From the NCBI RefSeq assembly GCF_036321535.1, contig NC_087436.1:54934001-54998000 (forward strand): a stretch of DNA of 64,000 nucleotides, written 5' to 3'. Below, one piece after another: positions 53,607 through 64,000 of this stretch. The DNA is from Camelus dromedarius (taxonomy: Eukaryota). Below the pieces are notes generated by a model. It was not told the origin of the DNA. It saw only the letters and a program-made list of their open reading frames with translations, and made no database searches. The translations under genes were made by a program, and so were the position numbers. Within the stretch, counting starts at the first letter, position 1; each line of letters starts with the position of its first letter.

Positions 53607-53771
53607 CACAGAGAACTATACTCAATATCTTACAGTAACCTATAATGAAAAAGAATATGAAAATGAATATATGTATACATATGACTGAAACATTATGTTG
53701 TACATCAGAAATTGATGCAACATTGTAAACTGACTATACTTCAATAAATTTAAAAAAAAAGAAAAAGAAAG
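53607..53771 (+). mobile_element. Very short L1 3'-end insertion with TSD
   Basis: L1 tail plus A-rich end. TSD aaggtgataa (53597-53606) / aagctgataa (53772-53781). Confidence 0.85.
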
Positions 53772-54109
53772 AAGCTGATAATCATACATAAATATGCTGT
53801 CCTCTAATCTTTGCATTTTGCCTTTGCCTAGTTGGTATGGGCTCCCTGCTGAACTCCTGTCAAGGGTAAATTCTGCTGGCATCTCTCTTTTAGGACTATG
53901 GCTGGTACAATGCGTAGTCTTTTTTTCCCTGGTCTTGGCAAAGCCTGACAGTCCTTTCTGGTTGATCTGGCCTCATCTAGTTCTTCCTTGTCCTGGGAAA
54001 TGATCTCAGTTCTGGCTGTGATGACCATGGGTGTCAGCCCCAGCAGTCAGCCCATTGTCAGTCCTTTGCTACAAGAAGACTTTGTGGAGTCTGAAAAACT
54101 CCCCAGGTT

Positions 54110-54751
54110 TGAAAACTTTTTTTGTCCTAAGTTGAAACGATATCAATTTACAGAATATAACATAAATAAATTGTGTGAAGAATGATTATAAAGCAAACAT
54201 CAATGTAACCACCACCCAGGTCAAAAATTAGTACATTGCTAACATCCTCAAAGCTACTATTCATCTCTATAAATATCCTCCTCCAGCTTCAAGAGGTAAA
54301 CCTTACCAGGACCGCTGTGGCAATTCATTTACTGTATTCCTGTACAGGTATAACACCAAAATAACATTCCTAAATAATACAATGTATAGTTTAGTTTTTC
54401 CTGCCTTTAAAATTTACACAAATCGTATCTGTAAGTAAACATTTGTGTGTTGCCTCTTGCACTTAATATTATTGCAAAGTCCATTCACGTTGTCACGTAT
54501 ATCGCTAGTTCTTTTTTTTTTTCTTTTTTTTTTTGGCTTGTATTCCATCGGGTGACCATATCGAATATAACTTTTAAGTATAATGTTGTATGTTCCATTG
54601 TATGAACATATAAAACAATTTTCACTTTGGATAAGCAATGTTATTCCAATTTTGTACTGTTAGAAACAGTGCTGCTAGAAATTCTTTCAATTATAATCTG
54701 GCATGCACGAGGGTGTCTAGGCTAAACAACCAAAGGTTAAATTACTGGGAC

Positions 54752-54789
<38 letters not shown>

Positions 54790-54872
54790 CTTCGACTTCA
54801 GTTAACTACTACAAACGGTTTTCCAAAGAGGTTGTGCCAGTTCATATTCCTATCAGCTGGCTATGAATGCTT
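54110..54872 (-). mobile_element. Old L1ME-type 3' fragment containing (CA)n
   Basis: ttataaagcaaacatcaatgtaaccaccacccaggtcaaaaattagtacattgc...ttttccaaagaggttgtgccagttcatattcctatcagc. (CA)n at ~54755-54788. Confidence 0.75.
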
Positions 54873-55037
54873 CAGAAAGTTCCAGAGAGGGTCCGTGAGG
54901 CACTTGCTAGATTTTATCTCTCTCTCCACACTCCCGCCGCACAGCCCAGCAAAGGACCACATATATAGTAAGTTATATGTAACATAAACGTAAATATATA
55001 AACATATAAACGTACTTACATTTGTAAGTCTCTGCAG

Positions 55038-55681
55038 ATTCTCTCCTGGGCTAGGCAGCTCTCACACCAGGGCTCCCTGGGGGCAGCGGCGCCAGGGGCG
55101 GAGGGCGCGCTCTCGACAGCTTCCAGGCGGCGACCCTGGGTGACCCTCGCGGGGCGCGCACGCAGCACGAGGACGCACAGGGCCTGCGGCTCGGTGAGGA
55201 GACGGGCTTGGCGGAGGCCCTGCGCCTGACCCAAGCCGCACACGCGGTGGCTGAGCTACTGCGCGACAACTGGCAGCTGTAGAAGCAGGTCAAGCGCTGG
55301 ACGCACCAGGTGGATTCCCTGCGCTTGGCGCCGGGCAAGGACAGGCCCACGCCCGCGCCCGGGGGTGCCGGCCAGCTCACCCCGTTTGGCCACCGTACAG
55401 TTCGCCGGCCACGCCACCTTCTCACTGAGGGACCATGTGCGGCCTGAGTGTGGACATGAGGACGACAGTGAGGAGATGAGGAGGACCTCAAACCATGCTT
55501 CCTCAAGAGTGGGCACCAGCCAAGGGCAGGGCCTGGTGACGGCTCCCCTGAGGCCGCCCCAACCTTCCAGTCACCGCAGGCTCCCACGCCTTGCCTGGGG
55601 AGCCTCACCAGCCAGTCAACTCCTGTCGCTCGAACACCCGAGTTCTTGGGGCGGGGGGGCACCTCAGCCGACGCTCTGTGA
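55038..55681 (+). pseudogene. Disrupted coding-like sequence (coiled-coil-like then acidic/Pro-rich); parent gene not recognised
   Basis: Frame from 55055 reads ...EETGLAEALRLTQAAHAVAELLRDNWQL*KQVKRWTHQVDSLRLA... with GC-ending codons and an in-frame TAG at 55280. Later frameshifted segments read HEDDSE / DEEDLKPCFLK. Acceptor-like tctctgcag ends at 55037. Confidence 0.45.
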
Positions 55682-55925
55682 CCCTCGTCAGCCGCCGTCC
55701 CGCGGAGGATTGTGGGAGCGCTCAGCCGGAACCCCAGCGAGGCCAGTGCAGCCCGGACTCCCGGTCCAAGTGACAGCACACCTCTCCCACGGGCTTTGTT
55801 GAGCCCGGCTATGAGGCAGTGACGGTAGGAAGGAGCAAGGACAGCTCACCTCTGGTGACACCTCCTCCGACGCCCCTGTCTACGCAGCCGCCAGCAATGA
55901 TGCAGTCCATCGCGGCCTTTACCAT
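55040..55925. promoter_or_regulatory. Isolated CpG island
   Basis: Abrupt GC-rich, CpG-dense block (e.g. ggcgcgcacgcagcacgagg, cccgcggagg) in an otherwise CpG-depleted window. It matches no repeat I recognise. Confidence 0.85.
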
Positions 55926-56695
55926 CACCTGTATCCAACTTAGTTAAGCAGGTGCAGCTGGCTTCTGTCTGTGCCCAAAGGGCAAGTGGGATGTTCTGAA
56001 ACCTGTTCTCATCACAAGAGAAGTGAAGGGACAGAAGAACTGAATCTGGCCTTACTTCTTAATTTGAGTTGCACTTACTTCACGGTGGATGGGCCTCAGA
56101 AGCTAGATACGGGCAGTCTTTGAGATGATCTTCAGAAGTCCTAGACTTAAAGGTAGGCCTCCTGACCTTGACATTTAGCTTTTAAAAAGTACCCTCTCTC
56201 CCGGTAACTATCTCACTACATGCATCCCTTCTCCCAGCCCCCGTTACGCACACCCAGAAGCCTTATGCAGGGCCTCTACCAGGAGCTCACATCCACTCCT
56301 CGCCGTCCCAAACACACGTACCCAGATATGTATGCCTCTAAGTCTGGGTTCTACCAGAGCTCTCTGAATGTCCCTGAAGGCCCCTCTTCCTATCTCCACA
56401 GGTTGGATGAGGGAGTAAGGTGGGGGTGCCAGGATAAGTGTCCTTGTACCTGACGTACTTGTTTTCCGTGTCTCTCTCTTCTCGCTTCCATCCCACACAG
56501 TACTTCAGGACTGGTGGGGTTGTTTCAGGCTTTGGGGCTTTCCCTTACTGTAATCATGTCCTCCAGTCTCTGTGGCAGTAACATTACACCCAGATGGAAG
56601 TGCATTTTTCTTATACTTAAGAAAGCAAAATTATGATCTTAATCTTCTAAGCTAAAGGATTTAGAATCCCCCACCCTCTGTCCCTTAACAAGACC

Positions 56696-57321
56696 TGTGG
56701 GTTTGTCACCAGTTGTGGGTTCCGCAGAAATCCCACCAAGTTGGAATTAATTACTCAAGACTCTGTGGAAAAAGTCAAGATAGCGAGAGGGAGTCAGGAG
56801 CCAACTCCATGAGCCTCTCAAATGCTTCCATATTTATTGTGTACAGTCAAAGGAGGAATGCAGGAATTTAGGGAAGAACAGGGTGGGATCATGATGAGTG
56901 CAAAGGCTTTGTTTGTTGGTGTTTGGCTCAAGGTCAACAGACCCTTTCTGGTGAATCATGTTCCTGTTGAGCTTTTCAGCTTCTCAGGGCGCATTGTATG
57001 AGAAACAGCCGCTTAACAACTTGGACTCAGGCGGCTGTGCCTGTCTTAGGTTGCCCCCCTCAGGGGATCTTAACCGTTATTGGCTAACCAGCCTTCTCAC
57101 CTCTGAGTCTGCAGCTTTTTATAACTTGTTTACCATTCCAGCCCAAGGCTGTTTTGAGGATAGAAGACGATCTAAAGGCGGGCACACCCAGCCTGGGCCT
57201 GGGTCGTTGCTAAAACCTCAACTATGCAAGCAACGTGGTTACTTAGCACATTTGCTCTTCTTTAAAGAGATAAGTGGCTGGGGTCTGTTAGAATTTGTTA
57301 ACCCAATCATGGGCTGCCACA
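56696..57321 (-). mobile_element. Solo LTR with 6-bp TSD (ERVK/betaretrovirus-like)
   Basis: TG...CA ends and perfect TSD aagacc at 56690-95 and 57322-27. Minus-strand TATAAAAA ~57116-57123 and AATAAA ~56834-56839. CpGs retained. Confidence 0.88.
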
Positions 57322-59794
57322 AAGACCTATTTTTCAAGCCTGTTAACTTGCAACAAAATCACATCTGACAGTGAAAGCTGAGCTGTATAACTACTTCTAG
57401 CATGTATCAGTCTTTTTTTCTGAAGCATCAGAACCCATTGCTTTTAATGGGTGAGAAATTCCTATGGCATCAAGATTTCTAGAATATACGAATTCAAATT
57501 AAAATGTTTCAGAAATATTTTCCTCCAGTTTTATGATAGTGGGGAGAGGGGAGGTAGAGAGGAGAGACTTCTACACTTTATCTTGCTTCGGCTGCACCTA
57601 TGCCTTTGTATACCCTAATTTTTTTTTTTAAATAAATTGGGAACTAACTGCTTTAGATGAAGATTTTGTGAAGGCTATACAAACTCCATATGATTTTTCC
57701 ATAAGCTGAATATATTAGAATTCAGAAATGAGAACTGTGTGAATTTATAACTATTTTACTATTTATATATAAAATATATTCTGATGCATAAGAAACAGCA
57801 TTAGAATTAGGCATGTAGAATAAGGGCATCCTATAACACCCTGCATGAGACTTAGGGAATTGCTGTAAAGAAAAAAAAAGTCACACAAATCTAGAGAGTG
57901 ATAAGTAAAATTCATTCTCTCAGGGATTTTTTTCTATTGTTAATTGTGACGAAGCAACAATTGTCAAGCTTTGCAAATGCCTGAATTATTTACTGTATCT
58001 CAAAGCAAATTTTACTGTTAGCCAGTGCTGTGGAGTTTGGACTAAATGGAGGTGCAGGTGGGTAGAAAAAAAGTCCAGATGGATCTGAGATGCATATACC
58101 AACTTGAAGTGAGGGAGCTCAAGGTGGACAAAATGCCCTTCCTCATAAATCAAGCAGAGAAGAACAATGATCTGCTTTACATAAAACAGAAAACACCTGG
58201 GTTTTCTACTTTCCTGAATGGTAGGAATAAAATAGGGTATATATATTACAGCTTGGGAAAAGAAAGTTGAACCTAATTTCTGCTTCCACAATGGATTCAG
58301 AACACAACTAATCATCAATATAATTAAAAAGGTAAATTTAATTGGAGTATGCAGTGCATTTGAGATAACAGGCTAGGAACTATTTAGTGAGCAGAGAGAA
58401 TTTAATAATTGATAAAATGAAAGAATTATGAAATGTGTGCAGCTCTGAAAAAATAATCATTATTTTGGCAATATTCTGTTTATATTTAACAATGTTGCTT
58501 TTAATAAAATAACAAGAGTTGCCAACATGGAGCAATTAGGTCAGACAAACTAGGAATTAATTACTGTAGACAGGCCCATATGTCACAAAAGCATTGCACA
58601 TGTTTTCCAAGCCCTGCTTGGAAGGGGAAAGATTTATTCTGGGAAAGCTCTTGAGGTAGTAAAAGGGACATTGCTGCAGAATTTAAATCTTCAAGGCAGG
58701 AAGTTGCACTAACTACAAACTAGGTGAATTTTCTTCAGTACTTATTTAATTACTTAAAATGAAGCAATACCTAAACAGTGTAGTTTCAAAGGCCTCAAAA
58801 GTTCTTGAGGTTTGCCAGAAACCAAATTTCTACAAGGCATGAGCTACTGATTCTGTGCATCCACATATGAATTCAAGCTGGTATGGAGAAATGATTAATA
58901 AATCGCAATCTTTAGGGTACATACACATGGCCTAAATTCAAGATATGACCTAAAATTTCGTTTTAGTATGAAAGACTGAAAATCAGCCTTTGTGTTTTGC
59001 TTCCTAAATATGCTCCAATGTGAACATTTTAGTCCTTAAAAATCACTGTTAGTTTTGATATTATTTTCACTACAAAAACATATCATCAGATTTGGAATAT
59101 ACATTTTCACATGGAGAATCAATAACAATAGTTTCAACTTAAACAAAGAACTTAGTATATTATTCCTCTGAATTGGTCCATATGTACGTCAAGCTTGGTT
59201 GTTTTAGGCTAGAATCTGTTACAACCTTGATTTCTAATTCTGCTAACTTATTTTCTTGGAGATGTCGCCTGTGGCATAATACCCATAATTTCCCATGTGA
59301 GGCCTGCCTTTTGAGATGTTTCATATTCCAAAATATCCACATCTGTGGGAAACCTTTAAAGAAGTTGCAAATTTACAAGTCTAAGAGGATATAGGCCAAT
59401 AATACAATCCCAACTGGGGACTGTGAAAACAGCACAGTTGCAGATACAAATGACAGGCAATATCTAGACTCATGATAGAGACACAAGTAGGTGGTGGAGT
59501 GGGTTGTAGAACACTGGACCACCCACTTATTAATAGTCTCAGTTGTTGCCATACTAGTATGTGATCTAGATCATGATTTTATGTGAAATTTCATCACATT
59601 TTAAATATTGCAATTAATTCAAACAGAAAGAACAAATAAAAACAAATACATTTGACCAAACAAAAATATTTTAGAACTGAATTCAACATTCTACCAGATA
59701 GATGCAGACAGTTGCCTGCACCAGGCATTAATGCTTTCTGCTATATGGGCATAGGAGATACTATTTGTTTAGTATTGCTGTTATTGTTACCACA

Positions 59795-60164
59795 AAATTC
59801 TCAAATTTTAACTTCTATCAGAGTCACTTGAATAGAGTTGTAAGATAAAATGAAAGATGCCCAGTTAAATTTGGATTTCAGATAAACAATATGTTTTTTA
59901 AACAAGTCTCAAATATCACTTGGGACATACTAAAAATATATTCATTGTTTTATCTGAAATTCAATTCAACTGTGTACACTGTACATTTATCTGTTAAATC
60001 TGGCAATTTTATACCAGGATGGCTTGTTAAAACACAGATTGCTGGTCCCACTCTAAGTTTCTGATTCAGTAGATCTGGGGTAGGCCGTAACAGTTTGCAT
60101 TTCTAACAGATTTCCTAGGGAACGTTGGTACTCTTGGTTCCAGGAACACACTTTGAGAACCATT
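59795..60164. mobile_element. MER5A MITE hosting a MER53-like element
   Basis: ttctcaaattttaac..atcagagtcacttg on the left, then gcttgttaaaacacagattgctgg...gtttctgattcagtagatctgggg...cacactttgagaaccattg. Confidence 0.8.
59832..60010. mobile_element. MER53-like palindromic hAT MITE
   Basis: gatgcccagttaaatttggatttcagataaacaat ... attgttttatctgaaattcaattcaactg...aaatctggcaa (internal inverted repeat). Confidence 0.8.
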
Positions 60165-61416
60165 GTTCTAAAATAAACTAATATTGAGTCAATTTTTAAA
60201 AATCAACTTAAAGTTATTTACATCTTCTCTTTTAATCAAATGTTTGCTTATTATTTCAAATATGTAGAGATTCTCTGGTTTTCCTAATGACTCAAGGGTA
60301 GTTCTAAATCTATATTCATGATTTCATTTTACTTTAGACTCAAGATCACCTGCCCTCTCATACTTCCAGCAATGTCTGCTAGGATCTTTGCCCAGTACCT
60401 TTGTTTCCCCAGGCATTTTAATGCTTGACTATAAAATTTTAGTAGCTGAATTTAGCCTGAAAAGAGAATGAGTTTCTTGAGACAGTTAAGCATGGCATCT
60501 GCTACCCTGCAGCATCATCTTTTTTTTTCCATATAAAATGTAAATGAGACATGTTAGCTATATTTAAAGGGGTGGTAATAGCCTTGCATGCTCGAATCAT
60601 GATTATATTAATATGGCTAAACATGAATCAAAAATTTCCAGAAGTTTATTGAAATTCAATCATTAAAACTCAACTTGCAAACTATATGTTACTCCTTTCT
60701 TTTTAAATATGTACATATTTTTTCACAAACTGCCTTGGCAATCCCACACCCCTTCTAACTAGGTGTTTTTGCTGGCGTCCACTTGGCTGAGGCCATTTTA
60801 GTCTCTGGAAGGAGGGCGGGAGGAATATTAGACTCTTTGCCTTAGGAAATCTACATATATTACCATCATCATTGCAGTCATGTTCCTTTGTTGCTCATTG
60901 CTTCCAACTTGTTGCCACCCCTCTCACCTAGATCCTTTCATCTAGGGAGGATCTAAACTGTATTCTGTACTTATATGGTCCTGATCCTCTGGGATATGAC
61001 TCTTTGCTTCTGTTTTCTGGTCCATGTGGTCATCTGCCTGCCTTTTCACCTCTGCCAATTCGCACAGCTGGAGTTGTTTTTTTTTTTTACCACCTGCAGC
61101 ACATCCCAGGCTTTCCTTCCATGGCCCCAAACCAGAGTACTGTCCTTCAGCTTCCAGCCTTACGACCTGTTGCCAAGCTCATCACCCCACCTCCACCTGC
61201 ATGCCTCTGAACTGTGTAAACTATTAGACTACTGCAGTGTGCTATCAACACTGGATGCCCACCTCCTACCAAGTGCAGGCTCTGTGCAACAAGAATTACA
61301 TCTTTCCAGGCAGCTGCTTAATGACTGCCACTGTATGCTCCTGATTCTACCCTCTGTGGCTTGATTTTGTTTTATTCTTGTATTATTCCCCCAAAACAGG
61401 AGGATGTGCTTCATGG

Positions 61417-61944
61417 TGTTGAGACAGCAGGGAAAGAGAGCAGAATACAACCATTAAAGGAATGACACAGCAGTTGAGGACAAGAGAAATTGGTTAGACC
61501 CAAAATGGCAGAAGATTTGACTTCCAGTAGAACTTGAGCATTATGGCATACCCACAACTACCATAACATTTCCCAGGCTGACCTTAAAAGGCCAAAAACT
61601 GGGCAGGGGCCCAATTCCTGGCAATCCCCACCCCTTCTCCAGCATAGTTGGAATAGTCCTCCTACTTGTTAGCATGTGAAATTTCTGAGCCCATAAAAAC
61701 TAACAACCCTGTGCCTCGTGGTTACTCTTTCCTGCCTTCAGAGACAGCCCACACTCTATGGAGTGTGTATCTACTTTACACTAAACACCCCCACACCTCA
61801 AGGCCTCTCTCCCTCTTACGTTTTGAGATGGCCCACATTCTGCCTGTGGAGTGTTTATGTCCTTGAATAAACTTATATTCACTTCACTGTGCCTTGCTCT
61901 TGAACTCTTTCCTGTGGAAGACAAGAACCAGTTCTCCAGTAACA
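61417..61944 (+). mobile_element. MER41-like ERV1 LTR followed by a PBS-like remnant
   Basis: ccaaaatggcagaagatttgacttcc, ttgttagcat..cccataaaaact, ctctatggagt, aataaactt..ttcacttcact, ending caagaacc..tccagtaaca. Followed by tttttggtgtgccatg. Start position uncertain by a few bp. Confidence 0.75.
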
Positions 61945-62757
61945 TTTTTGGTGTGCCATGAGGCTCAAGGTCTACTAGAAGTCCAGTCTTCTGTCATCTT
62001 GTTTCTAACCAGTTTGTCCTGTCCTCAATTGCTGTGTCATTACTTCAGTGGTTGTGCCCTGCTCCCTTCCCTCCTGTCTCATTGAGGGTCCTTCACATGA
62101 AACAATATATTGGGCTATTAAAGAAGTAACACATTTAGAAGTGCAAAAATAGTTCCCCCCAACTGTATACAGTGTTTAAAAACAAACAAAAAAATAGAAA
62201 TGACTAGCCATAATATATTATGACAACTTCTGTTATATACCTATAAATTAAATGCAATTAATCTTTGGAGGGGATCACTGGAAGAAGTTTTTGAGTTTAG
62301 TATCTAACTTTGTAGAATTTTTAAGAAAGGTAACTGAGAATATTCTAACTAGGCCTGCATAAATAATGTTTGCACTTATAATAAAGATGCTGCTAGACAG
62401 CAGGATCAGTAAATCAGCCGCCAAAAGCATGTGTGCCTTAGGTGTCCGGCGCATAGTAAGCTCTGGAGAAGGGATATTGCAATGACTTACGCATTCAGAC
62501 TTTCACTCAACTTTTGCTCAGTTCCAGTGATGACAGTTTATCCCAAATAGAAAAGCTGTTCTATCCAAACAAGAGTAAGGTGCCCTAGAAAGTGTTCTAA
62601 TGGCTCGGTACAACTTCATATTGACAGCTGGTAACAGTAGACATACAGTTTCCTGCCACATCTGAATCCTCAGTATGTATGGAATTATTTTACTTACTAC
62701 CAATCATTTCTACTTTATATCCCAGTGGTATTTACTATGACATTTTTATGACTTCCT

Positions 62758-62875
62758 CCCAAGTAGGCTGTTAGCTCTTGAACATGAAAGCCAGGAGTCA
62801 TTTATTCTTGTGCCCTCTGCACCTAGCAAAATGCTTGAACGTATGATGGATACTCTAGAAATGATGAATGACTAA
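62758..62875 (+). mobile_element. L2 3' end
   Basis: taggctgttagctcttgaa...ccctctgcacctagcaaaatgcttg...gatgaatga. Confidence 0.6.
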
Positions 62876-63247
62876 CATGACCCTAATTCCAATACCAAAA
62901 TTTTTCATTCTTCCTTATGTCCAAAGGTCATTCTTGTCATTTGGATGAACGGCTGAATTCCTGTATTATGTGTGCTTTGTTAGGGTCCCTGACAAATATC
63001 TCCGTTCCCTTGGTCTCAGATTCCTGCCTTGCTCCCCTTTGTCCTCCGGGAAACTAGAATAGAGATTAGGAATTGCCCTCAAAATTGCTATGAAACTTTT
63101 ATTGAAACACTTAATATACTACTGTATCCCTTTACACAAGAATCTACTGCTGTATCCCTTTATTTTCATGAATGTGCTCACAGGAGAGTATCACTGAGGC
63201 TCTGACATCAGTTAAACCTCCACTTTGTGCCAGTCACTCTTAGCTGC

Positions 63248-63668
63248 TATGTTAGTTTACTAAGGCTGCCATAACAAAATACTACAGAGTGGGAGGCTTA
63301 AACAACAGTAATACATTGTCTCACAGTTATAGAGGCAGAAGTCTGAGATCAAGGTACTGCTGGATTGGTTCCTTCTGAGACCTGTGAAGAAGAATCCGTC
63401 TCATGCTTATCTCCTAGCTTCTGATAGTTTGCTGGCAATCTTTGTCCTTTCTTGGTTTGTAGAAGATAAGGCGCTTTCTGCCTTCATCTGCCTTTCTACA
63501 GGACATCATTCTGTTGGAGTAGGGGTCCACCCAACTCCAGTATGACCTCATCTTAGTTTAACTAATGATATCTGCAACAACCCTACTACCAGATAAGATC
63601 ACATTCTGAGATACTGAGGGTTAGGATTCCAGTATGAATTGTGGAGGGACACAATTCAACCCATAACA
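63248..63668 (-). mobile_element. MaLR LTR (MLT1B/C-like) inserted in a MIR
   Basis: ttagtttactaaggctgccataacaaaatactac...gggacacaattcaacccataaca. The MIR resumes with cctcacaacaaccctatgaggta. Confidence 0.9.
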
Positions 63669-64000
63669 GTTTCTGTGTATACTTTATGTTATCTAGTCCT
63701 CACAACAACCCTATGAGGTAAGTGTATTTCTCTTCATTAGATAAGAATTTTCTGTGGCTTCTGTCTAGACAGAATTTTCAGGTGACATGGCCATGCTTGT
63801 GTTTGGAAAATGTATTTTTTTCTTATTCACAGACCATCATAAAATCAGCTTCATCAGTAGAACTCCAGTCTGACTGTGAACTCCAGCTATGAACTTTTGT
63901 GGTTATGTTTTTATTTATTATTTATTTTCTCAGCTACACAATTGCTTTGTGGTCAATTGTGTGGGTAATTGGATGACTAGATATCTGAGATATAAGAATT

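Noticed and set aside
55051..55779. 242-aa minus-strand ORF, the longest in the window
   Set aside because: It has a non-ATG start and an Arg/Pro/Ala/Gly/Ser-rich composition. Long stop-free frames are expected in GC-rich DNA and opposite a GC-ending coding-like frame. No recognisable domain.
9624..63161. Short local direct repeats (tgtgactactag.act.tttcca ~9624/9653; tgaggcctggttc x2 ~14547; aaatgtgcactt ~22558/22604; tact.ctgtatcccttta ~63117/63145) as a possible array
   Set aside because: Each is a two-copy slippage duplication unrelated to the others. There is no regular repeat-spacer array, so nothing CRISPR-like.

Overview
This is AT-rich mammalian genomic DNA, intergenic or deep-intronic. 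It is probably cetartiodactyl and most likely camelid. That is an inference from the L1 3'-end type and from seeing no ruminant, pig or cetacean SINEs. I find no intact protein-coding gene, RNA gene or CRISPR array. The supplied ORFs are L1 ORF2 remnants or chance ORFs. Much of the window is a layered record of transposable elements: old L1M/HAL1, MIR/L2, MaLR/ERVL LTRs and hAT/Tigger MITEs, plus younger L1s and ERV1/ERVK LTRs, several with target-site duplications (TSDs) readable by eye. Four observations stand out. (1) An isolated CpG island at ~55.0-55.95 kb carries a disrupted, coiled-coil-like reading frame I cannot name. CpGs are retained in its old flanking repeats, and a young ERVK-type solo LTR points into it. 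(2) A TSD-bounded, RT-deleted L1 (33071-39770) has a 2.1-kb foreign genomic fragment in its 3'UTR. (3) Two L1s show 5' inversions (twin priming). (4) A MER41-like LTR has decayed tandem STAT1 sites. Repeat family names come from recalled consensus features, not database searches, and most boundaries are approximate. I do not see evidence for a wholly new biological system.
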